A stretch of DNA of 53,467 nt, from NCBI GenBank assembly GCA_002787095.1, contig PCVW01000063.1, positions 15,608-69,074 of the forward strand. The letters are read 5' to 3'. Shown piece after piece: positions 34,035 through 42,285 of the stretch (positions are counted from its first letter, which is position 1; each line of letters starts with the position of its first letter). Made by a program: the position numbers and the translations under genes. The notes under the pieces are model-generated. The model did not search any database. It was not told where the DNA came from and saw only the letters and a program-made list of their open reading frames with translations. Source of the stretch: Candidatus Omnitrophica bacterium CG11_big_fil_rev_8_21_14_0_20_64_10. GTDB taxonomy: Bacteria > Omnitrophota > Gorgyraeia > 1-14-0-20-64-10.

Positions 34035-34577
34035 TCAGATTTTCTCGACCTGCCAGTATTCCAGCTCGATCGGCGTGGCCCGACCCAAAATTGGGACCAT
34101 CACCTTGAGTTTCCCTTTTTCCGGATTCAGTTCTTCCACCACGCCGGTCAGGTTGTTGAACGGCCCTTCGGTGACCCGGACCGACTCTCCCCGGTCGAAA
34201 CTGACCTTCGGGGTCGGTTTCTCCATCTTCTCCTGCGTTGCCCGAAGAATCTGCTTGACCTCTTCGGGCCGCAGCGGCACCGGCTTGGTGCGGGCGCCGA
34301 CGAAGCCGGCGACCCCGGGGGTCGTCTTGATCAGGTACCAGGCCTCATCGCTCAGCGCCATTTCCACCAGGACATAGCCCGGGAAGACATGCCGCTCGGA
34401 GATCTTCTTCTTCCCACCCTTGACCTCCGAAACCTTCTCCATCGGAACCAGCACCTGCGAGATCATCCCGGCCGCCGAGCCGGAATCGAGCGCCTTCTGA
34501 AGCGCCGCCCGGACCTTTTCCTCCTGCCCGGTCAGCGTGTGGATCACATACCAGTTTTTCTGACCTTCAGGCGCCAT
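34035..34577 (-). CDS. nusG: Transcription termination/antitermination factor NusG
   Basis: 180 aa. Contains WYVIHTLTGQEEKV (NGN domain) and a C-terminal KOW domain; secE-nusG-rplK synteny. Confidence 0.9.
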   Translation of the reverse strand: MAPEGQKNWYVIHTLTGQEEKVRAALQKALDSGSAAGMISQVLVPMEKVSEVKGGKKKISERHVFPGYVLVEMALSDEAWYLIKTTPGVAGFVGARTKPVPLRPEEVKQILRATQEKMEKPTPKVSFDRGESVRVTEGPFNNLTGVVEELNPEKGKLKVMVPILGRATPIELEYWQVEKI

Positions 34578-34581
34578 GGAA

Positions 34582-34767
34582 CTAGCGGATGATCCAGCGC
34601 ATCACTTGAGCGAACAGCAGATCGAACAAGCCGATCACGACCGCCGTCCCGGCCACCGTCGCCAGAACGAGCCGGGTGGAAGAGGACAGTTCGCGGGCCG
34701 GAGGCCAGGAAACCTGGCCCATCTCCCCCCGCACATCCTTCAGATATCGAACCGCCCCTTCAAACAT
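34582..34767 (-). CDS. secE: Preprotein translocase subunit SecE
   Basis: 61 aa with a single C-terminal TM segment. Contains YLKDVRGEMGQVSWP, typical of SecE, and sits immediately upstream of nusG. Confidence 0.85.
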   Translation of the reverse strand: MFEGAVRYLKDVRGEMGQVSWPPARELSSSTRLVLATVAGTAVVIGLFDLLFAQVMRWIIR

Positions 34768-34790
34768 CCGACCGCATCCCCTTGATGAAA

Positions 34791-34823
34791 GCGGGGCCAG
34801 CCATCCGAGGATGACAGCCCCGC
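34791..34823 (-). terminator. GC-rich hairpin followed by UUU upstream of secE; candidate terminator/attenuator or processing structure
   Basis: Minus strand reads GCGGGGC-TGTCATCCTCGGATGGCTG-GCCCCGC then TTTCATC. It has a 7-bp outer stem and an inner CATCC/GGATG pairing. The U-tract is short. Confidence 0.3.
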
Positions 34824-34852
34824 GCTGTACTGACGCTTCCCTATATATGTTT

Positions 34853-35009
34853 ACTCAGGCCAGGAGCCGTTCAAATCCCCCGAAACTCAGGCCAGGAGGG
34901 ATTTGATCCCCCTTCAGCGGTTGAGCCGCTCCTTCGTCGCGGCCCCTGCACCGGGTCGGGGTCTCGTTCAAATCCCCCGAAACTCAGGCCAGGAGGGATT
35001 TGAACCCCC
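34853..35009 (-). repeat. Tandem direct repeat containing the 3' part of tRNA-Trp plus its 19-nt trailer
   Basis: 34869-34912 and 34966-35009 are 44-nt copies with one mismatch (34907 t versus 35004 a) at a period of 97 nt. A third 14-nt piece, actcaggccaggag, lies at 34853-34866. Compared base by base. Confidence 0.85.
34888..34961 (-). pseudogene. Decayed tRNA-Trp copy (T-arm and 3' acceptor strand retained, 5' half diverged)
   Basis: Minus strand reads ...GGAGCGGCTCAACCGCTGAAGGGGGATCAAATCCCTCCTGGCCTG. It keeps a T-arm, the acceptor 3' strand and a shortened anticodon-like hairpin. No matching 5' acceptor strand is present. The 5' boundary is set by analogy only. Confidence 0.35.
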
Positions 35010-35058
35010 AACCATCGGATTTGGAGTCCGTTGCTCTACCAGTTGGAGCTACTGGCCT
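34985..35058 (-). tRNA. tRNA-Trp (anticodon CCA)
   Basis: AGGCCAGTAGCTCCAACTGGTAGAGCAACGGACTCCAAATCCGATGGTTGGGGGTTCAAATCCCTCCTGGCCTG folds as a cloverleaf by hand. The 3' CCA is not encoded. It occupies the classic position between tuf and secE. Confidence 0.9.
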
Positions 35059-35093
35059 AAATGCAATCCGACAATCAGAGGAAAACCAGCGAT

Positions 35094-36287
<1,194 letters not shown>

Positions 36288-36365
36288 TGTCCCCTCGCAG
36301 TTGCTGTTGGTTGACTCTATTTTAGTTGGAACAAAAAAGCGTAAAAAACCCCTCCCCACTTTTCC

Positions 36366-36438
36366 AGCTGGAGACGGGAATTGAACCCGTGACCCCGTCC
36401 TTACCAAGGACGTGCTCTACCAACTGAGCTACTCCAGC
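36366..36438 (-). tRNA. tRNA-Thr (anticodon GGU)
   Basis: GCTGGAGTAGCTCAGTTGGTAGAGCACGTCCTTGGTAAGGACGGGGTCACGGGTTCAATTCCCGTCTCCAGCT; cloverleaf folded by hand. Confidence 0.9.
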
Positions 36439-36504
36439 AAAGAACGAAGCTGGGTTCTAAAAAAAGAGACTATTGTTGTCTGTTTTATTTAGGGGTACTG
36501 CAAG

Positions 36505-36539
36505 CTCCCCTATTATAGGGAGATAGGAATAAGTGTCAA
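36505..36539 (-). promoter_or_regulatory. Sigma70-type promoter driving tRNA-Thr(GGU)-tuf and downstream genes
   Basis: Minus strand has TTGACA (36539-36534), a 16-nt spacer, then TATAAT (36517-36512). It sits in a ~140-nt AT-rich island in otherwise GC-rich DNA. The -10 lies at the centre of the imperfect palindrome CTCCCTAT-A-ATAGGGGAG. Confidence 0.7.
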
Positions 36540-36579
36540 GAAAAATTCACTCTTCCCACCTTCGATCCGCCTGAAAACA

Positions 36580-36650
36580 AGCGGGCGAGCGGAATCGAAC
36601 CGCCGTGAGCAGCTTGGAAGGCTGCCGTTCTACCATTGAACTACGCCCGC
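36580..36650 (-). tRNA. tRNA-Gly (anticodon UCC)
   Basis: GCGGGCGTAGTTCAATGGTAGAACGGCAGCCTTCCAAGCTGCTCACGGCGGTTCGATTCCGCTCGCCCGCT; cloverleaf folded by hand. Confidence 0.9.
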
Positions 36651-37187
36651 GAGAAGCTGCTTCAAAATTTCCCGGATGGGTCGGAGCCGAAGCTGGTGTT
36701 CCCCCACACCGCTGCGGCCCCCGGCCTCGTCCCGGACCACCCCCCGGATCCGGTATGGACCAAACGGGTCCCCCGAATCGAAAACCAGCTGGGTCACCGG
36801 CTCCAGGATCAGGACTCCATCGGTCCCGAAGGAGCCGACCCCTTCCCGGTGACCAAAACTTTTCTCATTCCGAATCAGGATCCGCCCATCCGGCCCGATT
36901 AAGAAGAAGTCTCCGGTCAACCGGGTGCTCCCCTGCTCATCCAGCCCGTAGCCGCTGACCAGGAAGGCCACATAAAGCACCTGTCCCGGGAAGGCAGTCT
37001 CCAGCCGGGGAAAGAGGATCTCCTTCCGGTAGGTTTGCCCGCCCCATTCCCTCAAGAACTCCTCGGAGGCGGAGACCGCCACCTGTACCTTCAGCCCCCG
37101 CTGCCGGCTCTGGAGGAAATACCAGCCCCCCCAGCTGACCGCGGCCAGGAGAATCCCCAGCAGCAAGAATCCGGCGAAACGCTTCAT
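36630..37187 (-). CDS. Hypothetical membrane-anchored protein (185 aa) embedded in the tRNA operon
   Basis: ATG at 37187. N-terminal TM/signal segment MKRFAGFLLLGILLAAVSWGGWYF. GC-rich third codon positions match neighbouring genes. I recognise no family motif. The last 21 nt, including the TAG stop, lie inside tRNA-Gly. Confidence 0.55.
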   Translation of the reverse strand: MKRFAGFLLLGILLAAVSWGGWYFLQSRQRGLKVQVAVSASEEFLREWGGQTYRKEILFPRLETAFPGQVLYVAFLVSGYGLDEQGSTRLTGDFFLIGPDGRILIRNEKSFGHREGVGSFGTDGVLILEPVTQLVFDSGDPFGPYRIRGVVRDEAGGRSGVGEHQLRLRPIREILKQLLAGVVQW

Positions 37188-37230
37188 CGGCTCAAAGGAA
37201 ACAAGCGGTCCTCTTGAATCGAAAACAAGG

Positions 37231-37316
37231 TGGTGGGCAGGAGAGGATTCGAACCTCTGTAGGCGTTAGCCACTTGATTTACAGTCAAGCCTCGTTGGCC
37301 ACTTGAGTACCTGCCC
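37231..37316 (-). tRNA. tRNA-Tyr (anticodon GUA), long variable arm, CCA encoded
   Basis: GGGCAGGTACTCAAGTGGCCAACGAGGCTTGACTGTAAATCAAGTGGCTAACGCCTACAGAGGTTCGAATCCTCTCCTGCCCACCA. Confidence 0.9.
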
Positions 37317-37381
37317 CCAGGGGGAACAACATACCCCCGAATCCCTCGGCAAATCAACTCTCTCGATCCAAGATCAAGGAA

Positions 37382-37453
37382 AGCTGGCGAGAGGAATCGA
37401 ACCTCCAACCGACGGTTTACAAAACCGTTGCTCTACCGTTGAGCTACGCCAGC
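37382..37453 (-). tRNA. tRNA-Thr (anticodon UGU)
   Basis: GCTGGCGTAGCTCAACGGTAGAGCAACGGTTTTGTAAACCGTCGGTTGGAGGTTCGATTCCTCTCGCCAGCT. Confidence 0.9.
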
Positions 37454-38322
37454 AAGTTCTGCTTTCGGGCGGCCCTCCGGAAGACTTCCGGGATTCTCTC
37501 AATCAAATCGGAAGCGGTCAACCCCGCCTGTCCGATCGTTTTGGCCGCCAAATCCCCCGCGACCCCGTGGAAGTGAGCGCCGACCGCCGCCGCCGTGAAG
37601 GAAGGAAGCTCCTGGCCCACCAAAGCGGCGATGATCCCGGTCAAGGCATCCCCCATCCCGGCGGTCGCCATGCCGGGATTTCCCGAGCGGTTAATCCGCA
37701 CCTTCCCCGTCGAATCGGCGATCACCGTCCGATGCCCCTTGAGGAGCGCAATCACGCCGAATCGTTTGGCCGCCCGAAGCGCCGCCGCCGGCCGGTCTTT
37801 CTGAACCGCGGCAGTGGAGACCCCCAGCAGCCGTCCCATCTCCCCCGGATGGGGGGTGATCACGACCTCCCCGGCCCCCCGCGGTCGGTCCAATCCCCGG
37901 AGCCCTTTGAGCGCCCAGATTCCATCCGCATCCAGAACGACCGGTTGGCGGGTCTGACGAAGCAGCTTGCGGACGAGGGCCCGGGTCCCGGCGGTCCGGG
38001 AAAGCCCCGGGCCGATCGCCAGAATGCTGGCCCGCTCCAACAGCGGGGCCAGGTTCCGGAAGGCGGCGGCAGTCATCTTCCCTTTTTGATCGGTGACCGG
38101 ATGGACCATCACCTCGGGAGGGGCGGTCCGGGCGACGATCGGATAGACGCTCTTGGGAACCGCGAGGGTCACCAGGCCGGCGCCGGAACGCAGCGCCGCG
38201 GTCGCGCAGAGGACCGGCGCCCCGGTCATCCCGACCGCGCCGGCGACGATCAGCAGGTGGCCGTAATCCCCCTTGTGGCTGGCGGCCCGGCGACGCAGCA
38301 GGGCGCCGGGGACCGATTTCAC
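37444..38322 (-). CDS. nnrD: ADP-dependent NAD(P)H-hydrate dehydratase (YjeF C-terminal domain type)
   Basis: Track ORF trimmed to GTG 38322, overlapping the acpS stop (GTGA). Contains SHKGDYGHLLIVAGAVGMTGAPVLCATAALRSGAGLV and GMGDALTGIIAAL. The stop TAG lies 10 nt inside tRNA-Thr(UGU). Confidence 0.8.
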   Translation of the reverse strand: MKSVPGALLRRRAASHKGDYGHLLIVAGAVGMTGAPVLCATAALRSGAGLVTLAVPKSVYPIVARTAPPEVMVHPVTDQKGKMTAAAFRNLAPLLERASILAIGPGLSRTAGTRALVRKLLRQTRQPVVLDADGIWALKGLRGLDRPRGAGEVVITPHPGEMGRLLGVSTAAVQKDRPAAALRAAKRFGVIALLKGHRTVIADSTGKVRINRSGNPGMATAGMGDALTGIIAALVGQELPSFTAAAVGAHFHGVAGDLAAKTIGQAGLTASDLIERIPEVFRRAARKQNLLA

Positions 38323-38687
38323 GCCGTCACCAGGGCGGAAGCGGCCGCCACCTGCTCGGTATGGGTCAGCGACAGATGGACCCGACAACCGGCCCAACGG
38401 GAAAGTGTCCGGTGAAAACGGACTTTCGGCTGACCGGAGGCGTCCCGGCAGATCTCCAGATCCCGCCACTCCAACCCCAGCCCTTTCGGGGCCCCGAGCG
38501 CCTTGACCACCGCCTCCTTGGCGGCGACCCGAACCGCCAAATGCTGGCCGGCTCGCTTGTGGCGCCGGGCATAGGCCAATTCCTCCGGGGTGAAGAGCCG
38601 GTCGGTCAGACGGTCCCCCCAACGAGCCAGGGCCCGATCGAACCGCGCCACCTCCACCAAGTCCATTCCCAAACCGACCAGCTTCAT
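38319..38687 (-). CDS. acpS: Holo-[acyl-carrier-protein] synthase
   Basis: 122 aa. Contains GLGMDLVEVARF and AAKEAVVKALG. pdxJ-acpS synteny with an ATGA overlap. Confidence 0.9.
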   Translation of the reverse strand: MKLVGLGMDLVEVARFDRALARWGDRLTDRLFTPEELAYARRHKRAGQHLAVRVAAKEAVVKALGAPKGLGLEWRDLEICRDASGQPKVRFHRTLSRWAGCRVHLSLTHTEQVAAASALVTA

Positions 38688-39412
38688 GATCGTCCCTTCC
38701 CTTTCCGAATGGCCCGGCGCATCTCCAGCACCGCTTGCCGCATCCCCACCGTGAGCGCCCGAGCCACGATCGAAAAACCGATGTTCAGCTCCTCCACCGG
38801 AGCGATCCGAACCACCGGCCCGACATTGCCGGTGTCCAGACCGTGCCCGGCGGCGACCGCCAGATTCAGCCGGCCGGCCAGATCGGCCGCCGTCCGAAGC
38901 CGCTCCAGATGCCGCTTCCGGTCCGAGGCGGTCCGGGCCTCGGCGTAGCCGCCGGTGTGCAGCTCCACCATCGGCGCCCCGAGGGCGGCGGCCGCCAAAA
39001 CCGCGGCCGGCGCCGGATCAATGAAGAGGGAAACCCGGATCCCGGCCCGCGTGAGCCGCCGGACCGCCTCCAACAAGCGGCGGTTGCCCCGCTTGAGATT
39101 CAATCCCCCTTCAGTCGTCAGTTCCCGGCGCCGCTCCGGAACCAGCGTTGCCTGCGCCGGCCGAATCCGGCAGGCGATCCGGACGATTTCGGGAACGGCC
39201 GCCATCTCCAAATTCAACGGAATCCCAAGCCCCCGCTTGAACCGAGACAAGTCGCCGGTCTGGATGTGCCGCCGGTCCTCTCTCAGGTGGCAGACGATCC
39301 CGTCGCAACCGGCGCGCTGCGCCTCCTGGGCAAGCCGAACCGGGTCCGGCACCTTCCCCAAACGGGCCTGCCGCACCGTGGCGACATGGTCCACATTAAC
39401 GCCGAGCCGCAT
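38684..39412 (-). CDS. pdxJ: Pyridoxine 5'-phosphate synthase
   Basis: N-terminus MRLGVNVDHVATVRQAR. I prefer ATG 39412; the track start at 39442 is TTG. It overlaps the folP end by 17 nt. Confidence 0.85.
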   Translation of the reverse strand: MRLGVNVDHVATVRQARLGKVPDPVRLAQEAQRAGCDGIVCHLREDRRHIQTGDLSRFKRGLGIPLNLEMAAVPEIVRIACRIRPAQATLVPERRRELTTEGGLNLKRGNRRLLEAVRRLTRAGIRVSLFIDPAPAAVLAAAALGAPMVELHTGGYAEARTASDRKRHLERLRTAADLAGRLNLAVAAGHGLDTGNVGPVVRIAPVEELNIGFSIVARALTVGMRQAVLEMRRAIRKGKGRS

Positions 39413-40250
39413 CCCCCGTCTCAATCGCATAAGCCAGATCAATCACCTGCCGCATCGCCTCCACATCATGCACCCGCAGGATGTCGGCGCCATGGGCCAC
39501 CCCCAACGCCACCGCCGCGGCGGTCCCCATCAACCGACCGGAAACCGGCTGGTCCAGCAGCTGCCCGATGAAGGATTTTCGGGAAGGACCCAGCAGGAGC
39601 GGATAACCCAGTTTCCGAAACGCCCCCAACTCCCGGATCAGTTCCAGGTTGTGCTCCAGCCGTTTCCCAAAACCGATCCCCGGATCCAGCAGAATTCGGT
39701 CCTTCCGGATTCCGGCGGCCAACGCCCGCCGGATCGCCTGCCGGAGCTCGGCCTGCACTTCCCGGATCAGATGGTGGTAGCGGACCCGTTTCCGCATTGT
39801 GCGGGGGGAGCCCCGCATGTGCATCAGGATCACCGGAACCCCCGCCCCGGCAACCACTCGGGCCATCCGGCGGCTCGAGAGGGCGGTCACATCGTTGACA
39901 AGCGAGGCGCCGGCGGCCAGCGCCGCTTCGGCCACCTCCGGTTTGGAGGTGTCCACCGAGATCGGGATCTTCAGCCGGCGGCCAAGCCGCCGGATCACCG
40001 GAACCACCCGCTTCAGCTCCGTCCCCACCGAAACCGCCCGGGCCCCCGGCCGGGTGGACTCCCCGCCGATATCAATCAAGTCGGCGCCCGCCTGCTGCAT
40101 CCGGAGGGCCCGCCGGCAGGCCCGCTCCGGATCGAGGAACCGGCCGCCGTCGCTGAAGGAATCGGGCGTCACATTCAGAATGCCCATCAGGAGGGGGCGG
40201 CCCCCCAAGGGAAGCAGGAAGCGCCCGCAGCGGAGTGGTCGGCGCGGCAC
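39396..40250 (-). CDS. folP: Dihydropteroate synthase
   Basis: 284 aa. Contains MGILNVTPDSFSDGGRF and DIGGESTRPG. GTG start. Confidence 0.9.
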   Translation of the reverse strand: MPRRPLRCGRFLLPLGGRPLLMGILNVTPDSFSDGGRFLDPERACRRALRMQQAGADLIDIGGESTRPGARAVSVGTELKRVVPVIRRLGRRLKIPISVDTSKPEVAEAALAAGASLVNDVTALSSRRMARVVAGAGVPVILMHMRGSPRTMRKRVRYHHLIREVQAELRQAIRRALAAGIRKDRILLDPGIGFGKRLEHNLELIRELGAFRKLGYPLLLGPSRKSFIGQLLDQPVSGRLMGTAAAVALGVAHGADILRVHDVEAMRQVIDLAYAIETGDAARR

Positions 40251-40263
40251 GCCGGCGGCAGAC

Positions 40264-42249
40264 TTAACCGGAGAAACCCGGCCCGGCCGGCGGCGCGCCG
40301 GCCTCAGGCGCGTCGGAAGCGGCCGGTTTTTCTCCGGCCTCCGAGAAGGCCTCGGCCATCACGATCCGTTTGGCCTCGTCCCCATCCAGGATCTCTTTTT
40401 CCAGCAGCACCGAGGCCAACCGGTCGAGACGGGCCCGATGCTGGGTCAGGATCGTCCGGGCCCGGGCATGGGCCTCCTCCACCAGCCGGTGGACCTCCGC
40501 GTCTATCTTCCGGGCGGTCTCATCCGAGTAGTTCTTCTCCTCGCCGATGTCCCGCCCGAGGAAGACCATCTGCTGACGGCGGCCGAAGGTGAGCGACCCG
40601 AGGGCCTCGCTCATCCCATACTCGCAGACCATTCGGCGGGCGATGTCGGTCGCCACCTCCAGGTCGTTCTGCGCGCCGGTCGTGATCTCGCTGAAACAAA
40701 GTTCCTCGGCGGTTCGCCCCCCCAGCAGCACCGCCAGCTTGGCCAACAATTCCTTCCGGGTCATCAGGTACCGGTCCTCCAGCGGCGTCTGCAGGGTGTA
40801 GCCGAGGGCGGCCGTGCCGCGGGGGATGATCGAGACCTTGTGGACCGGATCGGTCTCCGGCAGCATGATCGAGACCAACGCGTGGCCGGACTCATGAACC
40901 GCGACCACCTTCTTCTCATAGGGAGAAATCACCCGGGACCTCCGCTCCGGTCCGGCCATGACCCGCTCGATCGCCGCCTCCATCTCCGCGGTCCCTACTT
41001 CGCTCTTGTTCCGACGGGCCGCCAAGAGGGCCGCCTCGTTGCAGAGGTTCGCCAGGTCCGCTCCGGAGAAACCGGGAGTCTGCCGGGCGATCACCTTTAA
41101 GTCCACTGCCTTGGACAATTTGATCTTGCGGATATGGACCTTCAGGATCTCCTCCCGGCCGGTGAGGTCCGGCCGGTCCACAACCACCTGCCGGTCGAAC
41201 CGCCCCGGCCGCAGGAGGGCCGGGTCCAGCACATCCGGCCGGTTGGTGGCGGCCACCAGGATCACCCCCTCCTGCGTGTTGAAGCCGTCCATCTCCACCA
41301 GCAGGGCGTTGAGCGTCTGCTCCCGTTCGTCGTGGCCGCCGCCGATGCCGGCGAACCGTTGGCGGCCGACCGCGTCGATCTCGTCAATGAAGATGATCGC
41401 CCCCCGGGTCGCCTCCTTGGCCGACCGCTTGGCCTGGTCAAAAAGATCCCGAACCCGACTTGCCCCGACCCCGACGAACATCTCGACGAAATCGGAACCG
41501 CTGATGGAGAAGAAGGGAACCCCCGCTTCGTTGGCGACCGCCCGGGCCAGCATCGTCTTGCCGCAACCGGGCGGGCCGAGCAGCAGCACCCCCTTGGGGA
41601 TCTTCCCCCCGAGCCGCTGGAACCGTTTCGGTTCCTTCAGGTACTCAATGACCTCCTGCAGCTCCTCCTTGGCCTCGGAGACACCCGCCACATCCTGGAA
41701 GGTGACGCCGTTCTTGTCTTCCAGAGAAAGCCGCTTGGCCCGGGACTTGCCGAAAGAAAGGATCCGCCCCCCGCCGCCGGCCTGGGCGCCGCGGTACAAA
41801 AGGAACCAGAAGGCCCCCAACAGCAGAAGCGGTCCCAACAGGTTGAACAGGAGGCCCAACAGGAATGTCTTGGGGGGTTCCACCTTGAAGACAGGAATCC
41901 TCTCCCGCATGAAGGTCATCATCTCCGGGTCGTCGTCCGGCAGGTTGACCAGGAACCGCTGGCCGTCGCTGGCGGTCCCCCGGACCACATTCTCGGTCAG
42001 GACCGCTTCCTGCACCGAGGGGCCGGAGCCGTCGCTCTGGAGCCACCGGTAGAACTCGCTGTAGGTGATTTCCCGGGGAACGCCCCCCTCCAGGGAGACC
42101 GACCCCACCCGGTAGAGGGAGATCAGCGTCAACCCCAAAACGATCCAGACCATCCACCGAAACCAGTTGGGATTCGGGGGCGGCGTGGACCCCTGGGGCT
42201 GCGGCCCCACCGGGGCTTTGGGTCCTCCTTCTGATCGCATCGTCGCCAT
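40264..42249 (-). CDS. ftsH: ATP-dependent zinc metalloprotease FtsH
   Basis: 661 aa with two N-terminal TM segments, Walker [12 protein letters not shown] region and protease motif HESGHAL. Confidence 0.95.
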   Translation of the reverse strand: MATMRSEGGPKAPVGPQPQGSTPPPNPNWFRWMVWIVLGLTLISLYRVGSVSLEGGVPREITYSEFYRWLQSDGSGPSVQEAVLTENVVRGTASDGQRFLVNLPDDDPEMMTFMRERIPVFKVEPPKTFLLGLLFNLLGPLLLLGAFWFLLYRGAQAGGGGRILSFGKSRAKRLSLEDKNGVTFQDVAGVSEAKEELQEVIEYLKEPKRFQRLGGKIPKGVLLLGPPGCGKTMLARAVANEAGVPFFSISGSDFVEMFVGVGASRVRDLFDQAKRSAKEATRGAIIFIDEIDAVGRQRFAGIGGGHDEREQTLNALLVEMDGFNTQEGVILVAATNRPDVLDPALLRPGRFDRQVVVDRPDLTGREEILKVHIRKIKLSKAVDLKVIARQTPGFSGADLANLCNEAALLAARRNKSEVGTAEMEAAIERVMAGPERRSRVISPYEKKVVAVHESGHALVSIMLPETDPVHKVSIIPRGTAALGYTLQTPLEDRYLMTRKELLAKLAVLLGGRTAEELCFSEITTGAQNDLEVATDIARRMVCEYGMSEALGSLTFGRRQQMVFLGRDIGEEKNYSDETARKIDAEVHRLVEEAHARARTILTQHRARLDRLASVLLEKEILDGDEAKRIVMAEAFSEAGEKPAASDAPEAGAPPAGPGFSG

Positions 42250-42285
42250 CTTGAGTCCTATCTTACCACAGGGATTTAAGGCCGA

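Noticed and set aside
34853-35009. tRNA-Trp 3'-end duplicates as boundaries of an integrated mobile element
   Set aside because: The copies are only 97 nt apart with no cargo, integrase or excisionase, and the repeat includes trailer sequence. Tandem duplication and decay fits better than attL/attR. It is kept as a finding for the repeat itself.
36439-36579. AT-rich island as horizontally acquired DNA or a small ncRNA gene
   Set aside because: It is only ~140 nt, contains a near-consensus promoter in the right orientation for tRNA-Thr/tuf, and has no ORF or conserved RNA motif I recognise. A regulatory spacer is the simplest explanation.
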